Shown here: positions 45,843-47,764 of the stretch, piece by piece
How the letters are laid out: every line of letters starts with the position of its first letter
Numbering within the stretch: position 1 is the first letter of the stretch
From: Rhizaria sp. SCN 62-66
Lineage: Eukaryota
Reading direction: 5' to 3'
DNA length: 47,764 nt
Assembly (NCBI GenBank): GCA_001724265.1
Contig: MEDY01000226.1
Coordinates: 1-47,764, forward strand
The notes under the pieces: generated by a model
Told to the model about the DNA's origin: nothing
What the model saw: the letters and a program-made list of their open reading frames with translations, nothing else
The model's database searches: none
Made by a program: the position numbers and the translations under genes

Positions 45843-46217
45843 GCAATGCGCCGAAGTTAAACGGAGACAGAGTAAAAAACAGCGGTATAGTTGTGTTGCT
45901 CGTATGGAAAAGCTTAAGTCTGTGGCAGCAGGAGTCGAAAGGAATGGAAAGGTGAGGGGCGCGTGTGATGGTTGTAATACTGCCAAAACTTGGTAAATAT
46001 GACTGCTTTTCAGCGTCAATGTATGATTCAATTGACAAACGTGTACTTTTAAAAGTATTTGTAACCGCTGTGAAATTACACTTCTTGTGTTGCCGTATCT
46101 GCTTCGAAATCTCTCGGGTTAGCTCGTGGCCTTTGAGCCCAAAAGGGGGGTTGCATCATCGAGATCTCAGAGGGACTCAACGGACTTGCGAGCACCCACT
46201 TTCGGAAGCAATATACA

Positions 46218-46244
46218 TGTACAGTGTACATATGTACATGTACA
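46218..46244. repeat. Cluster of four palindromic TGTACA hexamers
   Basis: Copies at 46218, 46225, 46233 and 46239. Confidence 0.75.
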
Positions 46245-46752
46245 AGCGCTAATATTTTCGAGTTTTTTTATTGCATTTGTGATAAAGAGATGAAATATGG
46301 CAACTCCATGAAATGCTGTCGAAAGAACAAGATTTAAATTGTTTTCGCCGAGATGCTATGTATTTGGTGATCGGCGTCACGCGTCTTCAAAAGTACGCAT
46401 GCTTGCTGGTGCTGCCGTCATCGATGCTGAGACTTTCTCTCTACCGCACACACAGTGCATAAACATAAAGAAATTACGCCAACAGCACAACAACAAATGA
46501 ACGATTGTTGCAGCAACATTGTGCATAATGCGCACTTCATTAAGCTATGCGAAGTAGAAATCAAATACCAAGATAGGCAGACAGAAAGATCGTGAGTCAA
46601 TTGGAATGTAGTATTGTCACAAAATGGCTACATAATATGCTCATGTTTGATGGTATGGAGTTAATTGAGACTTTGACTTCGTCTGCACGCGAGTGAATTG
46701 AAGAGAAGCAAAGGATGGGCGTCATGAAGATAGCATGACCTGCGAGACGTAC

Positions 46753-47298
46753 CTTCTTGAAGCCAAGGTCGTTATGACCTCGCAAAAGCAGCGACGGGAG
46801 ATGTAGAGGCCGTATTTGTGGATCAGACCACTGTGGTTGTTATTGATGCGGCTATAGAATCGGGCAACCAGGAAGATAGCAACAGAGTTGAAGGGTGAGT
46901 TAGACGCCAATGATGTGAAGATGGCATATAAAGCAAAGAACAATGTACCAGCAAATAAAGACTGCACATCACAATAAGAGTATTTACGTATTTGCAATAC
47001 GATCATGTTAAAAACATTTCAATGACTGAGCCATACAGTCATCACCGCTGAGAGCGCAAAGAGAGATGTTAAAACTGTCTAGATGTCTACTTCATATTTG
47101 AATGTAGAATCCGGTCAAAAACACGTGACTCCGCCATCCCGCCATCATATGGTGTAGGTTGCCATGGTAGAACTTTGTGGTGGTCAGATCGCTGTGTACA
47201 GAGAGATCTGGCCACAAAATGACAATTTCAGGGATGCGGTTACCCTTGCCAAATAACTCGCCTGCCTTGACAGACTACTGCCAGATGAGCTCAGCCGT
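46753..47298 (-). pseudogene. RPS29: Degraded, intron-retaining 40S ribosomal protein S29 (uS14) pseudogene
   Basis: Exon 46851-46753 (TAG acceptor, GTACGT donor) encodes RINNNHSGLIHKYGLYISRRCFCEV, a frameshift, then NDLGFKK. This matches RPS29 GLIRKYGL..CRQCFR....DIGF.K. An upstream remnant (47298-~47232) reads ACG-AELIWQ*...FGKGNR. Confidence 0.72.
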
Positions 47299-47764
47299 GT
47301 GCGGATAGGAGACGTGTTAAAACTGAAAAGACATTTCGAGCAAACCAATCAGCAAGCGGTGGGGAAAGAGCACGATCCAGACACGAAATTCAGGATGAAC
47401 CTCCAGATCGAGCTCATTCTCACAAGTACTCACACTCACTGTTTCTGAGTTTCAGTAAAATATCGTTTCTACGTACAACCACAAACAACCCTTCACATTA
47501 CCACCACTAGTTACAGTCGGAGTGGATTTTTCGGCTCCAGCACGTGTTCATATTTCGGTCTGAAGATTTAATTAAGCCTCCCCTCGTCCGAAATCCTTCA
47601 CAGCTATGTTACCAATTTAACACCTGTTCAATGCCTAACGAGGAATTAATGCTTTTGGTTGCTCAAGTGTGCTTCTTTTATGCTCGGCAATTTGTGTTCA
47701 CGCTTGATTTGGCATTTGGTGCAGCCGTAATTCTGCAATTCTATGGCTCGTGTTCCCGCCCCCC

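Noticed and set aside
47275-47277. In-frame TAG in the RPS29 remnant as a third recoding case
   Set aside because: The locus has other disabling lesions, so it is uninformative.
1-47764. CRISPR arrays, transposons, tRNA/rRNA genes, prokaryotic operons
   Set aside because: No spaced repeats, transposase/RT motifs, terminal repeats or recognisable structural RNA seen; the gene structure is eukaryotic.

Overview
Eukaryotic nuclear DNA, most likely from a protist; the lineage cannot be fixed from sequence alone. GC-rich, Ala/Gln-inflated coding regions alternate with short AT-rich spacers. Spliceosomal introns are few, mostly 5'-biased, and have a strong GTACGT donor. Eleven protein-coding genes can be modelled: a PLAC8-family protein, an ABHD13/BEM46-like hydrolase, an unknown 4-TM protein, an RFC small subunit (RFC4/Rfc2 type), a TMEM18-like protein, a CXXC-less multi-thioredoxin protein, a ~3,780-aa spliced ADAM/TSP1/EGF single-pass receptor with a dead metalloprotease site, a ribokinase, an RRM protein, a RING-H2 protein and a giant triple-PH INPP4 phosphatase. 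There is also a degraded RPS29 (uS14) pseudogene. Strongest lead: two genes (RING-H2 and INPP4) appear to read from a plausible ATG through a single in-frame TAG, while none of the 11 genes ends in TAG. This hints at UAG reassignment or readthrough, but cryptic splice acceptors or sequence errors are real alternatives. All family calls are by motif recognition, not database search.
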